Source: Alphaproteobacteria bacterium
GTDB taxonomy: Bacteria; Pseudomonadota; Alphaproteobacteria; JANSWW01
Direction: 5' to 3'
Length of the DNA stretch: 64,000 nucleotides
NCBI GenBank assembly: GCA_024743275.1
Contig: JANSWW010000007.1
Coordinates: forward strand, 151,162 to 215,161
Shown here: one piece after another, positions 51,353 to 64,000 of the stretch
Numbering within the stretch: the first letter of the stretch is position 1
How the letters are laid out: each line of letters begins with the position of its first letter
Made by a program: the position numbers and the translations under genes
Notes under the pieces: model-generated
What the model saw: the letters and a program-made list of their open reading frames with translations, nothing else
Database searches by the model: none
What the model was told of the DNA's origin: nothing

Positions 51353-51796
51353 TTTTCTCCGCCCCGGGAAAAGTATGACAGTTTGGTGAAAGCCGTCCGA
51401 ACCGGGCGGCTTTTTCATTTTTGTGTCATCTCAATTGTTTAGCCGCAGACCAGGATTCTTTTTTGGGTGTTCCCCTTTCGGTCCTGTTGCGAGCGGTCGC
51501 GGGCTCACTTAGCATCAGGCTCCTTCATTGGTCGCTGGCAGTCTTTTGACGGTTTCGGCGCGGCGAATTTGCTAATTATGAAGATAAAACAGAGTGCTTT
51601 GCCAGTTGAAGGCGGCAGGTTGTCGATGACTGTATCTCGGTAATTTGTTGTTTTCTCTCTCGCACATCGGTTTGTGGGCTAACGACGCTGGGAAAACTGG
51701 CGCACCCTGGTTATTTACTTGAGATGCGGGAGAATTCTTGCCTCGTAATGTGTGGGAGCACGGGGTCGGAAAGACGTTTCGTTGTGGGGGGAGTTG
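51353..51796. other. rpsT-dnaA intergenic region (~445 bp) with an AT-rich segment (~51560-51600); dnaA promoter and possible oriC/DUE region
   Basis: Location immediately upstream of dnaA; locally AT-rich; only degenerate TGTGG-containing DnaA-box-like matches were seen. Confidence 0.3.
51392..51422 (+). terminator. Rho-independent terminator of rpsT (gccgtcc-gaacc-gggcggc + T-tract)
   Basis: 7-bp GC-rich stem (one G-U pair), 5-nt loop, followed by tttttcattttt. Confidence 0.55.
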
Positions 51797-53254
51797 ATGA
51801 ACCTATCACAGTTGCGGGCTGAGCAGGGTAGCGAGACAGTCGACCGGGACGGCGCGTGGGCGCGGGTCCGCGGACAGCTTCGCAAAGAAGCCGGAGAGAC
51901 TGTTTTTCAGCAGTGGCTGAAGGGCCTCACCCTGGAGCGTGTCGACGGCGATCTGGCCGTGTTCTCGGTGCCCGGCAAGTTCATGCGCGAATGGATTGAC
52001 ACGAACTACGCCGACCTGCTGCGGTCCTGTTGGCGCCATGAGACCGGCGGGGCCGTGACCGACGTCCGCATCGATGTCGGAGATCCCTCGGCGCGCAAAT
52101 CCGATGGGGCGGGCGATGTCCAGTCCGGTTCCCACTCCGGTTCCCACTCCGGGTCCCTGTCCGACACGGGGGACTCCGTGGCCACGCCGAAATCTGTCCG
52201 GGGGAGCGGTTTCTCCGAGAGTGGGGACGATCTGTGCGCCAACTTGGACACGCGCCTCGGCTTCGACAATTTCGTCGTCGGCAAGCCAAACGAATTCGCC
52301 TTCGCGGCGGCCCGCCGGGTTTCCGAAAGCACGGAAGTCACCTTCAACCCGCTGTTCCTTTATGGCGGCGTCGGTCTCGGCAAGACCCATCTGATGCATG
52401 CCATCGCGCTCGATATTCGCCGCCGGCAGCCGGAGCGAAAAGTGGTCTACATGTCCGCCGAGAAGTTCATGTACCACTTCATCCGGGCACTGCGGTTCAA
52501 GGACACGGTGGCGTTCAAGGAGCGGTTCCGGAATGTCGACGTGCTGATGATCGACGATGTCCAGTTCATCAGCGGCAAGGAATCGACCCAGGAGGAGTTC
52601 TTCCACACCTTCAACACGCTGGTGGACTCCAACCGCCAGGTCGTCGTCTCCGCCGACAAATCGCCCCATGACCTCGAAGGCATGGAAGAGCGGCTGCGCT
52701 CACGCCTCGGTTGGGGTCTGGTCGCCGACATCCATCCCACGACCTATGAACTGCGCCTCGGGATCCTTCAATCCAAGGTCGACAAGATGGGGGCCGACGT
52801 GCCCGAGAAGGTTCAGGAGTTCCTCGCCCACAAGATCACTCAGAATGTCCGGGCGCTGGAGGGGGCGTTGCACCGTCTCGTCGCCCATGCGGAATTGGTC
52901 GGGCGGCCGGTAACCCTGGAGAGCACCCAGGAAATCCTCGGCGATTTGCTGCGGGCGAGCGACCGCCGGGTGACCATCGAGGAAATCCAGAAGCGGGTGG
53001 CCGAGCATTTCAACATTCGGATGTCCGACATGGCCTCGGCCCGCCGCTCCCGCTCGGTGGCCCGCCCGCGTCAGATCGCCATGTATCTCTCCAAGCAGCT
53101 GACCAGCCGGTCCCTGCCGGATATCGGCCGCCGGTTCGGCGGGCGCGACCACACCACCGTGATGCATGCGGTGAAAAAGGTCGAGGAGTTGCGGGCCTCC
53201 GACGTGTCCTTCGCCGAGGACGTCGACATCCTCCGCCGCATGCTGGAGAGCTAG
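51797..53254 (+). CDS. dnaA: Chromosomal replication initiator DnaA
   Basis: Walker A LFLYGGVGLGKTHL; domain IV DNA-binding helix; ATG at 51797 preferred over the upstream in-frame start; the linker contains an SGSHSGSHSGS repeat. Confidence 0.9.
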   Translation: MNLSQLRAEQGSETVDRDGAWARVRGQLRKEAGETVFQQWLKGLTLERVDGDLAVFSVPGKFMREWIDTNYADLLRSCWRHETGGAVTDVRIDVGDPSARKSDGAGDVQSGSHSGSHSGSLSDTGDSVATPKSVRGSGFSESGDDLCANLDTRLGFDNFVVGKPNEFAFAAARRVSESTEVTFNPLFLYGGVGLGKTHLMHAIALDIRRRQPERKVVYMSAEKFMYHFIRALRFKDTVAFKERFRNVDVLMIDDVQFISGKESTQEEFFHTFNTLVDSNRQVVVSADKSPHDLEGMEERLRSRLGWGLVADIHPTTYELRLGILQSKVDKMGADVPEKVQEFLAHKITQNVRALEGALHRLVAHAELVGRPVTLESTQEILGDLLRASDRRVTIEEIQKRVAEHFNIRMSDMASARRSRSVARPRQIAMYLSKQLTSRSLPDIGRRFGGRDHTTVMHAVKKVEELRASDVSFAEDVDILRRMLES

Positions 53255-53305
53255 GCGTCTTTCCCTAGGTGTCTTTGCTAGGTGTCTTTCCCTAGGTGTC
53301 TTTCT
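53251..53305. repeat. About 14-bp tandem repeat x4 (ctaggYgtctttcc) spanning the dnaA stop and the convergent MFS stop
   Basis: Read directly; copy 1 contains the dnaA TAG and copy 4 contains the minus-strand MFS stop (cta). Confidence 0.85.
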
Positions 53306-54482
53306 TGGCGAGCGTGGGCTCCGCCGGTCGGAACACCGTTACGGCGACGGCCAGGGCGGCGCCATAGAGCACTGCGAGGCCACCGTAGAAACCGTTGACG
53401 TGGATCCAATCGATGATGGCGCCGGCCAGGATCGGTGCGGTGCTCGAGGCGACGGCGTAGACTCCGGCGAAGGCCGCGGTGGCCGTGGCCAGCGGCGACC
53501 CGGAGAACCGGTCCCCGATCAGGGCCAGGGCGGCGGTGTATAGTCCGAAATTGCTGCCGCCCCAGATCAGCATGATGAGTGCGACCTGCCAGAGGGTCAG
53601 GAGAGGTGCGGCCAGCATGACCGCCGCACAGATCGACGAGAGCCCGGCGCACAAAACTACCCCGGACCGGCGCCCGCGACGATCCAGCCAATCGCCGATG
53701 ACCGGCTGGCCGAGCAGTAGCCCGACATGGAAGATCGCGACCAGCCAGGCGCCGTCGCTCAGGGAAAAACCCTGCGCCACGGCGATGGTCGGAAGGATGC
53801 TGACCATGACGGCGTCGACGGCCGAAGCGATGAACAGGAAGCCGAAGGCGAGCGGCATGGCCCGGATCGCCGGCAGCATGGCCGCCGCCGACCCCGGCTC
53901 GACGGCGCGGTTCAAATCACTCACGGCGCTGGCGAAGAACGGCAGGCCAAGGGCGCAGACCGCGGCACAGGCGACGAGCAGCAAGGCCGCTTCCTGGGCG
54001 AACAGGGCGACCACGGCCGGCCCGAGGACGAAGCCAATGGCGAGGACCGTCGCATAGAGGCCGAGCACGCGGCCCCTCAGCCTCGGCGGTGTGAACACGT
54101 TGAGCGCGGTTTCGGCGACCACGAACATCAGATTGGCGCCAAATCCCAGGAGAATCCGAAGCGCGAACACCGTCCAAAAATCCGGAAAAGCAGCCATGAA
54201 GGCGAGCGCCGTGGCCATCGCGGCGACGCCGATCAAGGTCGTCCGGCCGGCCCCGACGGTCCTGCAGGCCGACGGTACGACCAGAACGCCGAGCAACAGG
54301 CCCAGCCCGGTCGCCGAAGCGTTCAGGCCGTTCCACGCTGTTGTCGCTTCGTCATGCAGCATGACCCCGAACAGGGGATAGGACGTGCCCATGGCAAGGC
54401 CGTAGATCCCGATACCGACAAGAACGGAGGCGACGGCCCTGCGGCCAGTCGTGGAAATGCTTTTGGGGGACGGGCTGTCCAT
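53292..54482 (-). CDS. MFS transporter
   Basis: 12 predicted TM helices; MFS-type loop motif (LDRRGRRSG). Confidence 0.8.
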   Translation of the reverse strand: MDSPSPKSISTTGRRAVASVLVGIGIYGLAMGTSYPLFGVMLHDEATTAWNGLNASATGLGLLLGVLVVPSACRTVGAGRTTLIGVAAMATALAFMAAFPDFWTVFALRILLGFGANLMFVVAETALNVFTPPRLRGRVLGLYATVLAIGFVLGPAVVALFAQEAALLLVACAAVCALGLPFFASAVSDLNRAVEPGSAAAMLPAIRAMPLAFGFLFIASAVDAVMVSILPTIAVAQGFSLSDGAWLVAIFHVGLLLGQPVIGDWLDRRGRRSGVVLCAGLSSICAAVMLAAPLLTLWQVALIMLIWGGSNFGLYTAALALIGDRFSGSPLATATAAFAGVYAVASSTAPILAGAIIDWIHVNGFYGGLAVLYGAALAVAVTVFRPAEPTLAKKDT

Positions 54483-54570
54483 TGCGTTCTCTCCTTGAAA
54501 CGCCCCAAAAGTGTTTCAAGGAATTACTTCGCACAAACGATGAAATTGCCTTCTAGCGTGACTTAAAGTT

Positions 54571-55524
54571 ATGCTTAGTGGCATGCGGCATCTTCCCAAT
54601 CTCAATGCGGTCCGCGCCTTCGACGCCGCCGCCCGCCATGGCAGTTTCGCCGCCGCAGCGGCGGAGCTGGGGGTTAGTCATGCGGCGGTCAGCCGGCATG
54701 TCCGTAATCTCGAAAGGGAACTGGGCGTCGAACTCTTCGAGCGCCATGCCCGGCATGTGGTGTTGACCGGTGAGGGCGGTTTCTTCGCCAAGACCGTGGC
54801 CGAATCCCTGTCGTCTCTCGAACTGGGGTCCGGTCGGGTGCGGCGGCGGGGTGGCCGCACCACCGTCGTGATCGACATCGAATCCGACTTGGCGATGCGC
54901 TGGCTCATGCCGCTGATGTCGGACGCGGTTCTGGCAGCGCTCGGCGTCCATCTCGATCTGCGTGTCCGCCCGGACCCGCCGCGGCATATTCTGCCCGATG
55001 CGGACATCACCCTGTCCTGGGGACCGGTGACCGCCATGGGATTCAAGACGTCGCCCTTCCTTGATTTCACGGTCTTCCCGGTTGCCGCGCCGGCGCTGCT
55101 GGCCAACGGTCCCGAGCCGAGTGGCCCGATTGATCCGAGTGGCCCGGTCGATCCGGCGTTCTTCCGGACCCATCGGATGATCCATGAGCGGGGCATCTAC
55201 TGGTGGCAGCGCTATTGCGCGGCGATCGGCATGCGGCTGGAGGAGGCAGGCGGCCACCTCTATGTCAACCGCTCCTATCTCAGCATCGATGCGGCAGTGA
55301 GGGGGCTCGGCGTAGCCATGGGGGACAACGCGATCTGCCGCGCCGACTTGGCGGCGGGTCGGCTGGTTCGGGTCCCGGGCCCGACCCTCTCCAGCCGGGA
55401 GAAGTACTACTTGGTCGTCCCGGAACGGGTGCTGTCCCGACCGGTGCAGAGGGTGATCGACTGGCTCACCGCCGAAGCGGTCGCGGTCCCCCTCGCCCCG
55501 CTGCCCGGTGCCGCGGACGCCTGA
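54571..55524 (+). CDS. LysR-family transcriptional regulator (divergent from the MFS gene)
   Basis: N-terminal HTH LNAVRAFDAAARHGSFAAAAAELGVSHAAVSRHVRNLE. Confidence 0.85.
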   Translation: MLSGMRHLPNLNAVRAFDAAARHGSFAAAAAELGVSHAAVSRHVRNLERELGVELFERHARHVVLTGEGGFFAKTVAESLSSLELGSGRVRRRGGRTTVVIDIESDLAMRWLMPLMSDAVLAALGVHLDLRVRPDPPRHILPDADITLSWGPVTAMGFKTSPFLDFTVFPVAAPALLANGPEPSGPIDPSGPVDPAFFRTHRMIHERGIYWWQRYCAAIGMRLEEAGGHLYVNRSYLSIDAAVRGLGVAMGDNAICRADLAAGRLVRVPGPTLSSREKYYLVVPERVLSRPVQRVIDWLTAEAVAVPLAPLPGAADA

Positions 55525-55568
55525 CCGCCTGACCGCCTAACCGCCTGACCGCCTAACCGCCTGACCGC
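55521..55568. repeat. 8-bp tandem repeat x6 (ctRaccgc), starting at the LysR stop codon and giving TGA/TAA stops in all three forward frames
   Basis: Read directly. Confidence 0.85.
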
Positions 55569-55585
55569 CGGTCGCGTCCGGGTGA

Positions 55586-56065
55586 TCAGGCCCGCGCGAC
55601 CCGGACCAGAAAGCAGTTGTTCGAAGACGAGCGGACATCGACAAAGGCGATCTTCGGGTCGGATAGGATCTCTGCCGCCCGCTCCCGAATCTGTCCGGTC
55701 GGAACCACCCCGCCCGTGCCGTAGGCGATACGCTCGTCCGCCGAATAGCCGCGGACGATGTAGTGCGATGCGGTGAGCATCCCCGGCAGGCTGTCACCGG
55801 GATCGGCGGCCTCGCATTCCCGGGCGCAGAGGAATAGCGGACCGGTTTCGGCATAGGGCTGTAAACCCGAGAAAGGACGGTGGGCGACGATCAGGTAGGG
55901 CTCTCCGGCCGGCAACCTGGTGAGGCAGTGGCGGCAGGGGATGCCCTGGCCGTCGGAGATCGCGTTTTCCGGCCGGGCGCCATAGGCGTCGGGCCCGCCC
56001 CGCTGCAAACGGCGGATGTCGTCGGTCGGAAGCGGGATGAAACGGATCTTGGGGGCTGTGGTCAT
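55586..56065 (-). CDS. DUF1203-family hypothetical protein
   Basis: ~159 aa with conserved GIPCRHCL and Cys-rich segments. Confidence 0.5.
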   Translation of the reverse strand: MTTAPKIRFIPLPTDDIRRLQRGGPDAYGARPENAISDGQGIPCRHCLTRLPAGEPYLIVAHRPFSGLQPYAETGPLFLCARECEAADPGDSLPGMLTASHYIVRGYSADERIAYGTGGVVPTGQIRERAAEILSDPKIAFVDVRSSSNNCFLVRVARA

Positions 56066-56358
56066 GATCGCTCCTTTCGGCTGGGGGATCGGCCCCTGAC
56101 CTAGCCCGATCGCGGTCCTTTCGCGCTCCGCTTCTTGCGCTCGAAGTCGTTCTCCGTGGAAATTGCCCGTGCATGCCCGTCCGAGCCCTTTCGAACGGCT
56201 CGTTTCATGCTGTTTTTCCTTAAACTACGGGCATTTCGTGATAGTATTTCGCACTTTCGGAGACGGGTTGGGATGGCCCGCCGAAAGTCCGCTTTTCCGG
56301 TCGGCCGCGCTATCTCATTGAACGGTCCGACATCCGCTAGGTCAGGTGAATTTCTAAG

Positions 56359-57470
56359 ATGCGTTTCACGGTCGAGAAGGCAGCGCTCCTCAAGCCGCTA
56401 AGCCACGCCCAGGGAGTCGTTGAGCGGCGGAACACGATACCGATTCTGTCCAATGTCCTGATGAGTGTGAAGGACGGCCAGCTCAATCTGACCGCCACCG
56501 ATATGGATATCGACGTCGCCGAGACCTTGCCGGTCGACATGGCCCAGGAAGGCTCCGCGACGGCGCCGGCGCATACCTTCCACGATATCGTCCGGAAGCT
56601 GCCGGACGGCGCCGAGGTGGAGGTCTCCGCCGAGGGTGGGTCGCGGATCACGGTCAAGGCCGGCCGGTCGAGCTTCCAGCTCGCCGCTCTGCCGACGGAC
56701 GAGTTCCCGGTTCTGGACGGGGATGATCTGACCTATAACTTTACGCTGCAACCGGACGCGCTGAGGGCGATCATCGACCGCACCCGCTTTGCGATCTCGA
56801 CCGAAGAGACCCGCTATTACCTCAACGGCATCTACATGCATGCCACGGACTCGGACGTGGATCCGATGCTGCGGGCGGTCGCGACGGACGGCCACCGGCT
56901 CGCCCGCTTCGAAATGGCGTTGCCGGAAGGCGCGAAAGGTATGCCGGGCGTGATCGTGCCCCGCAAGGCGGTCAACGAGGTCCGGAAGCTGATCGACGAT
57001 GTCGACGACGAGATCGAGATCAGCCTGTCGGAGACCAAGATGCGCTTCGCGTTCGGTCATATCCGGCTGACGACGAAGCTGATCGACGGGACCTTCCCCG
57101 ACTATGAGCGGGTGATCCCCCAGGGCAACGACAAGCGCCTGAGCCTCGACTGCAAGTCCTTCGCCCAGGCGGTCGACCGGGTGGCGACGATCTCGACCGA
57201 GAAGAGCCGCGCCGTGAAGCTGGCGCTGGAGCCGGGTTTGCTGACCCTGTCGGCCTCCAGCCCGGATGCCGGCATGGCGACCGAGGAGGTCGAGGTGGGC
57301 TATGACGCGGGGCAGATGGAGATCGGGTTCAATTCCAAATATCTCCTGGATATCGCCCAACAGATCGAAGGGGATCAGGTGGAGTTCGTGCTTGCCGACG
57401 CGGCCTCGCCGACGGTGGTGCTGGACGCCGGCGATTCGGGCGCGCTCTATGTCCTGATGCCGATGCGCGT

Positions 57471-57474
<4 letters not shown>
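56359..57474 (+). CDS. dnaN: DNA polymerase III beta sliding clamp
   Basis: MRFTVEKAALLKPLSHAQGVVERRNTIPILSNVLM... and three-domain length (371 aa). Confidence 0.9.
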
Positions 57475-61138
<3,664 letters not shown>

Positions 61139-61179
61139 CGAGGGCAGCCGTCCGCCGGCTTCGGCGGGGCGGCCAGGCC

Positions 61180-62190
61180 TCAGTCGTAGCGCAGTTCCGT
61201 CGCCTTCCCCCGGAAGACATAATAGGACAGCGCCGTGTAGCCGAGGATCGTCGGCAACACGAAAAGCGTGCCGACGAGGATGATGATCAGGCTTTCCGGC
61301 GCGCTGGCCGCCTCGTAGATGGTCAGCGCCTCGGGGACCACATAGGGGTAGAAGCTGTAGGCCATCCCGAGGAAGCCCAGAGAGAACAGACAGATCGTCG
61401 TGGCGAAGGGAACCCAGCTCCAGCGGTCCTGCGAATCCGGGGCGTGGCGTAGGGCGAGGAACAGGATCACGATAAGGCCGGCTGAAATCAGCGGCAGCGG
61501 CGCGAGCAGCATGATCTCCGGGAAGGAGAACCATTTCTCGAAGATCCGCGGGCTGACCAGCGGGGTCGCCAGCGACACCGCGCCGAGCCCCACGACAACC
61601 CCGGGCAGGCCCCGTTTCGCCCAGGCGACCGCTTTGTCCTGCAGGGTCGCATCGGTCTTCATCACCAGCCAGGTGGCGCCGATGAAGGCGTAGGCGCCGG
61701 TCAGGCACAGGCCGGTCAACAGCGCGAACGCCACCGACGGCAGGTCCCATTGCAACCCCATGATGTAAAGCCCGAGCATGAAACCCTGGGATAGGGAGGT
61801 CATCAGCGAGCCATAGAAGAAGGCCTGGTTCCACAGCGGCTTCTGGGTGGCCGGCGCCTTGGCCCGGAACTCGAAGGCGACACCGCGTAGGATCAGCCCG
61901 ATCAGCATGATGGCGACAGGCAGATAGAGCGCGGTCAGGATCGTGCCATGGGCCACCGGAAAGGCGACCAGCAGCAGCCCGATGGCAAGCACCAGCCAGG
62001 TCTCGTTGGCGTCCCAGAACGGCCCGATCGAGGCGACCATCCGGTCCTTCTCCGCGTCGTCGGCGAAGGGAAACAGCACCCCGACCCCGAGGTCGAAGCC
62101 GTCGAGCACCACATAGATCAGGATCGACACGCCCATGAGGGTGGCGAAGACCACCGGGAGCCAAATCGTCGGATCGCCGAACAGGGTCAT
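61180..62190 (-). CDS. cydB: Cytochrome bd-type quinol oxidase subunit II
   Basis: Nine-TM hydrophobic protein directly downstream of cydA; start set at MTLFGDP. Confidence 0.85.
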   Translation of the reverse strand: MTLFGDPTIWLPVVFATLMGVSILIYVVLDGFDLGVGVLFPFADDAEKDRMVASIGPFWDANETWLVLAIGLLLVAFPVAHGTILTALYLPVAIMLIGLILRGVAFEFRAKAPATQKPLWNQAFFYGSLMTSLSQGFMLGLYIMGLQWDLPSVAFALLTGLCLTGAYAFIGATWLVMKTDATLQDKAVAWAKRGLPGVVVGLGAVSLATPLVSPRIFEKWFSFPEIMLLAPLPLISAGLIVILFLALRHAPDSQDRWSWVPFATTICLFSLGFLGMAYSFYPYVVPEALTIYEAASAPESLIIILVGTLFVLPTILGYTALSYYVFRGKATELRYD

Positions 62191-62194
62191 GGGT

Positions 62195-63583
62195 TTACTC
62201 CGCCGGGATGAGTTTGACGTTCGCCGCGCTCGACCGGGGCGGTTCGACCTCGACGATGTCTTGGTCCCGCGCCGCCTTGCGGGCGAGATAGGTGAGGGCG
62301 GCGACATAGGCGACCAGGAGGCCGGCATAGAGCGCAAGATAGGCCGCAAGGGTCGTCGCCACCATGGCCGCCGGGACGTCGGCGACGGCCTGCGCGGTGG
62401 TCAGGACCCCGTCGACCAGCCAGGGCTGGCGGCCGATCTCCGTCGTGTACCAGCCCGCCAGGGTCGCAACCCACCCTGAGAAGGCCATCGCCACAAGGCC
62501 GCGGAATACCCAGGGATTGGTTCGGCTCACCCCGCCCGACAGGCGGAAGGCCAGCAGCGTGCCCCAGGAAACCACCAGCATCAGAACACCGGTGCCGACC
62601 ATGACCCGGAAGGACCAGAACACGGGTCCGACCGGCGGATGCTTCACCGTGCCGTCTTCCAGCACGAAATCGTTCAGGCCGGGCACCTCGCCCGCCGGAT
62701 CGTGCTTGAGGATGATGCTGGCGAGACTCGGGATGCCGATTTCAAAGTGATTTGTCCGTTCTTCCTGGTCCGGGATCGCGAAGAGCAGCAGGGGAACGTT
62801 GCCGCGCGTCTCCCAGTTGCCCTCCATGGCCGCCACCTTCTGGGGTTGATGCTCCAGCGTGTTGAGCCCGTGCAAATCGCCGGCCAGGATCTGGATCGGG
62901 ATCAGCACCGCCGCCACGGTGACACCGGTGCGCAGCGTCAGCCGGACGCCGGCGCTGCGGTCGCCGAGCAGCCAGCGGAAGGCGGACAGGCCGGCGATCA
63001 GGAAGGCAACGGTCAAGCCGCTGGCCAGCAGCATATGGACCAGGCGGTAGGGCATGGACGGGTTGAAGACGATGGCCAGCCAGTCGGTCGCGTGGGCGAC
63101 CCCGTCACGCATCTCGAATCCTACGGGAGTATGCATCCAGGAATTCAGGACCAGAATCCAGAAGGCGCTCATGGTTGTGCCGAAGGCGACCAGGAAGGTG
63201 GCCAGCGTGTGCAGCCAGTTGGGTACCTTGGAGAAGCCGAACAGCATGATCCCGAGGAAGACGGCCTCCAGGAAGAAGGCGGTCAGGACCTCATAGGCCA
63301 ACAGCGGGCCGGCGATGTTGCCGACTCGCTCCATGAAACCCGGCCAGTTGGTGCCGAACTGGAAACTCATGGTGATACCGGACACCACGCCCATGGCGAA
63401 GGACAGGGCGAAGATCTTGACCCAGAACCGATAGGCCTCCATCCAGCGTTCCTCGCGCGTCGCCGTGAAGCGCAGCTTGAAGAACAGCAACATCCAGCCG
63501 AGCGCGATCGTGATCGTCGGGAACAGGATGTGGAAGGAGATGTTGGCGGCGAACTGAATGCGGGAAAGAAGAAGCTCTTCCAT
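62195..63583 (-). CDS. cydA: Cytochrome bd-type quinol oxidase subunit I (short Q-loop, CioA-like)
   Basis: Conserved haem-ligand region; GRQPW motif (EIGRQPWLV); 462-aa length. Confidence 0.9.
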   Translation of the reverse strand: MEELLLSRIQFAANISFHILFPTITIALGWMLLFFKLRFTATREERWMEAYRFWVKIFALSFAMGVVSGITMSFQFGTNWPGFMERVGNIAGPLLAYEVLTAFFLEAVFLGIMLFGFSKVPNWLHTLATFLVAFGTTMSAFWILVLNSWMHTPVGFEMRDGVAHATDWLAIVFNPSMPYRLVHMLLASGLTVAFLIAGLSAFRWLLGDRSAGVRLTLRTGVTVAAVLIPIQILAGDLHGLNTLEHQPQKVAAMEGNWETRGNVPLLLFAIPDQEERTNHFEIGIPSLASIILKHDPAGEVPGLNDFVLEDGTVKHPPVGPVFWSFRVMVGTGVLMLVVSWGTLLAFRLSGGVSRTNPWVFRGLVAMAFSGWVATLAGWYTTEIGRQPWLVDGVLTTAQAVADVPAAMVATTLAAYLALYAGLLVAYVAALTYLARKAARDQDIVEVEPPRSSAANVKLIPAE

Positions 63584-63586
63584 GGG

Positions 63587-64000
63587 TCACGCCTTGTCGG
63601 AGTCGGTCTGGAGTTTGGTGCGGCGCGGCAGGGTGACGATCTTGTCGGTCGCGGCCACGACCTTCTGAATCTTGGCGCCGAGGGTTAGAAGCTGGACGAG
63701 GCGGTCGGTTTCCAACTGCTTCATGTCGCCATACCAGCCGGTCAGAAGCTCGATCAGCTCCCGCAGTTCGGAGATCCGGCCATGGGCATAGTGATCCTGC
63801 GGCCTGTCCGGCGACTGCATTTCCAGGCTACGGAGCTTGGAGAGCGTTGGATCGATCTCCCGCTTTTTCCGCTCTTCTACCAGGATACGCACGATCTCCC
63901 AAAGATCTTCCGGGGTGGTGAAGTAATCCCGCCGGTCGTCGGGGAGATGCCGGTGTTGCACCAGATTCCAGGCCTGTAGCTCCTTCAACCCCATGGAAAC
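63587..64000 (-). CDS. GbsR/MarR-family transcriptional regulator, partial (N-terminus lies beyond the window end)
   Basis: LQAWNLVQHRHLPDDRRDYF matches the GbsR-type wing region; divergent position relative to cydAB. Confidence 0.5.
   Translation of the reverse strand, partial: VSMGLKELQAWNLVQHRHLPDDRRDYFTTPEDLWEIVRILVEERKKREIDPTLSKLRSLEMQSPDRPQDHYAHGRISELRELIELLTGWYGDMKQLETDRLVQLLTLGAKIQKVVAATDKIVTLPRRTKLQTDSDKA

Noticed and set aside
51353-51796. Individual DnaA boxes in the rpsT-dnaA spacer
   Set aside because: I could find only degenerate TGTGG-containing 9-mers (around 51670, 51748 and 51782) and no match to TTATCCACA/TGTGGATAA, so no specific boxes are reported.
61150-61180. Possible bidirectional terminator hairpin (ccgccggcttcggcgg) between gyrB and cydB
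   Set aside because: It is a perfect 6-bp stem, but no T-tract follows on either strand. Too weak to report as a terminator.

Overview
This 64 kb window is a GC-rich (about 65-70% GC) alphaproteobacterial-type chromosomal segment. It contains the replication-initiation neighbourhood rpsT - AT-rich intergenic - dnaA - (MFS, LysR, DUF1203) - dnaN - recF - gyrB - cydBA, plus many housekeeping genes: msrB, def-fmt-truA, dapD, argB, engB-yidC-yidD-rnpA-rpmH, dcd, fabA-fabB-fabI, moeB-dut-coaBC-ubiB-ubiE, mutM, and an enoyl-CoA hydratase. Against this native background, two short low-GC islets stand out as horizontally acquired. The first, about 5200-7560, is a single-gene insertion at the 3' end of an rluA-like gene. 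It encodes a 628-aa NACHT-clade STAND NTPase (Walker A GNGGAGKT, Walker B ILDGFDE, sensor-1 VSSR, STPLLTMMML motif) with an unknown ~330-aa C-terminal domain. This is a candidate bacterial NLR-like antiphage defence protein, accompanied by a 28-bp palindromic operator-like site and a Shine-Dalgarno-preceded 31-aa hydrophobic micro-ORF. The second islet, about 37040-37860, lies between yciB and fabI. It carries a NYN/LabA-like ribonuclease gene behind a sigma70-like promoter and a 56-nt inverted repeat that abuts the start codon. Other notable items are a 15-bp tandem repeat (8 full + 1 partial copies, three variants) directly upstream of mutM, 14-bp and 8-bp tandem arrays at the dnaA/MFS and LysR/DUF1203 convergent junctions that embed the stop codons, an 11-bp inverted repeat flanking a 3x11-bp repeat at the right island edge, a ferredoxin-fused membrane adenylate cyclase, and a GH5-Calx-beta-repeat protein that may be a type I secretion substrate. 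No rRNA, tRNA, CRISPR array, integrase or transposase was found.
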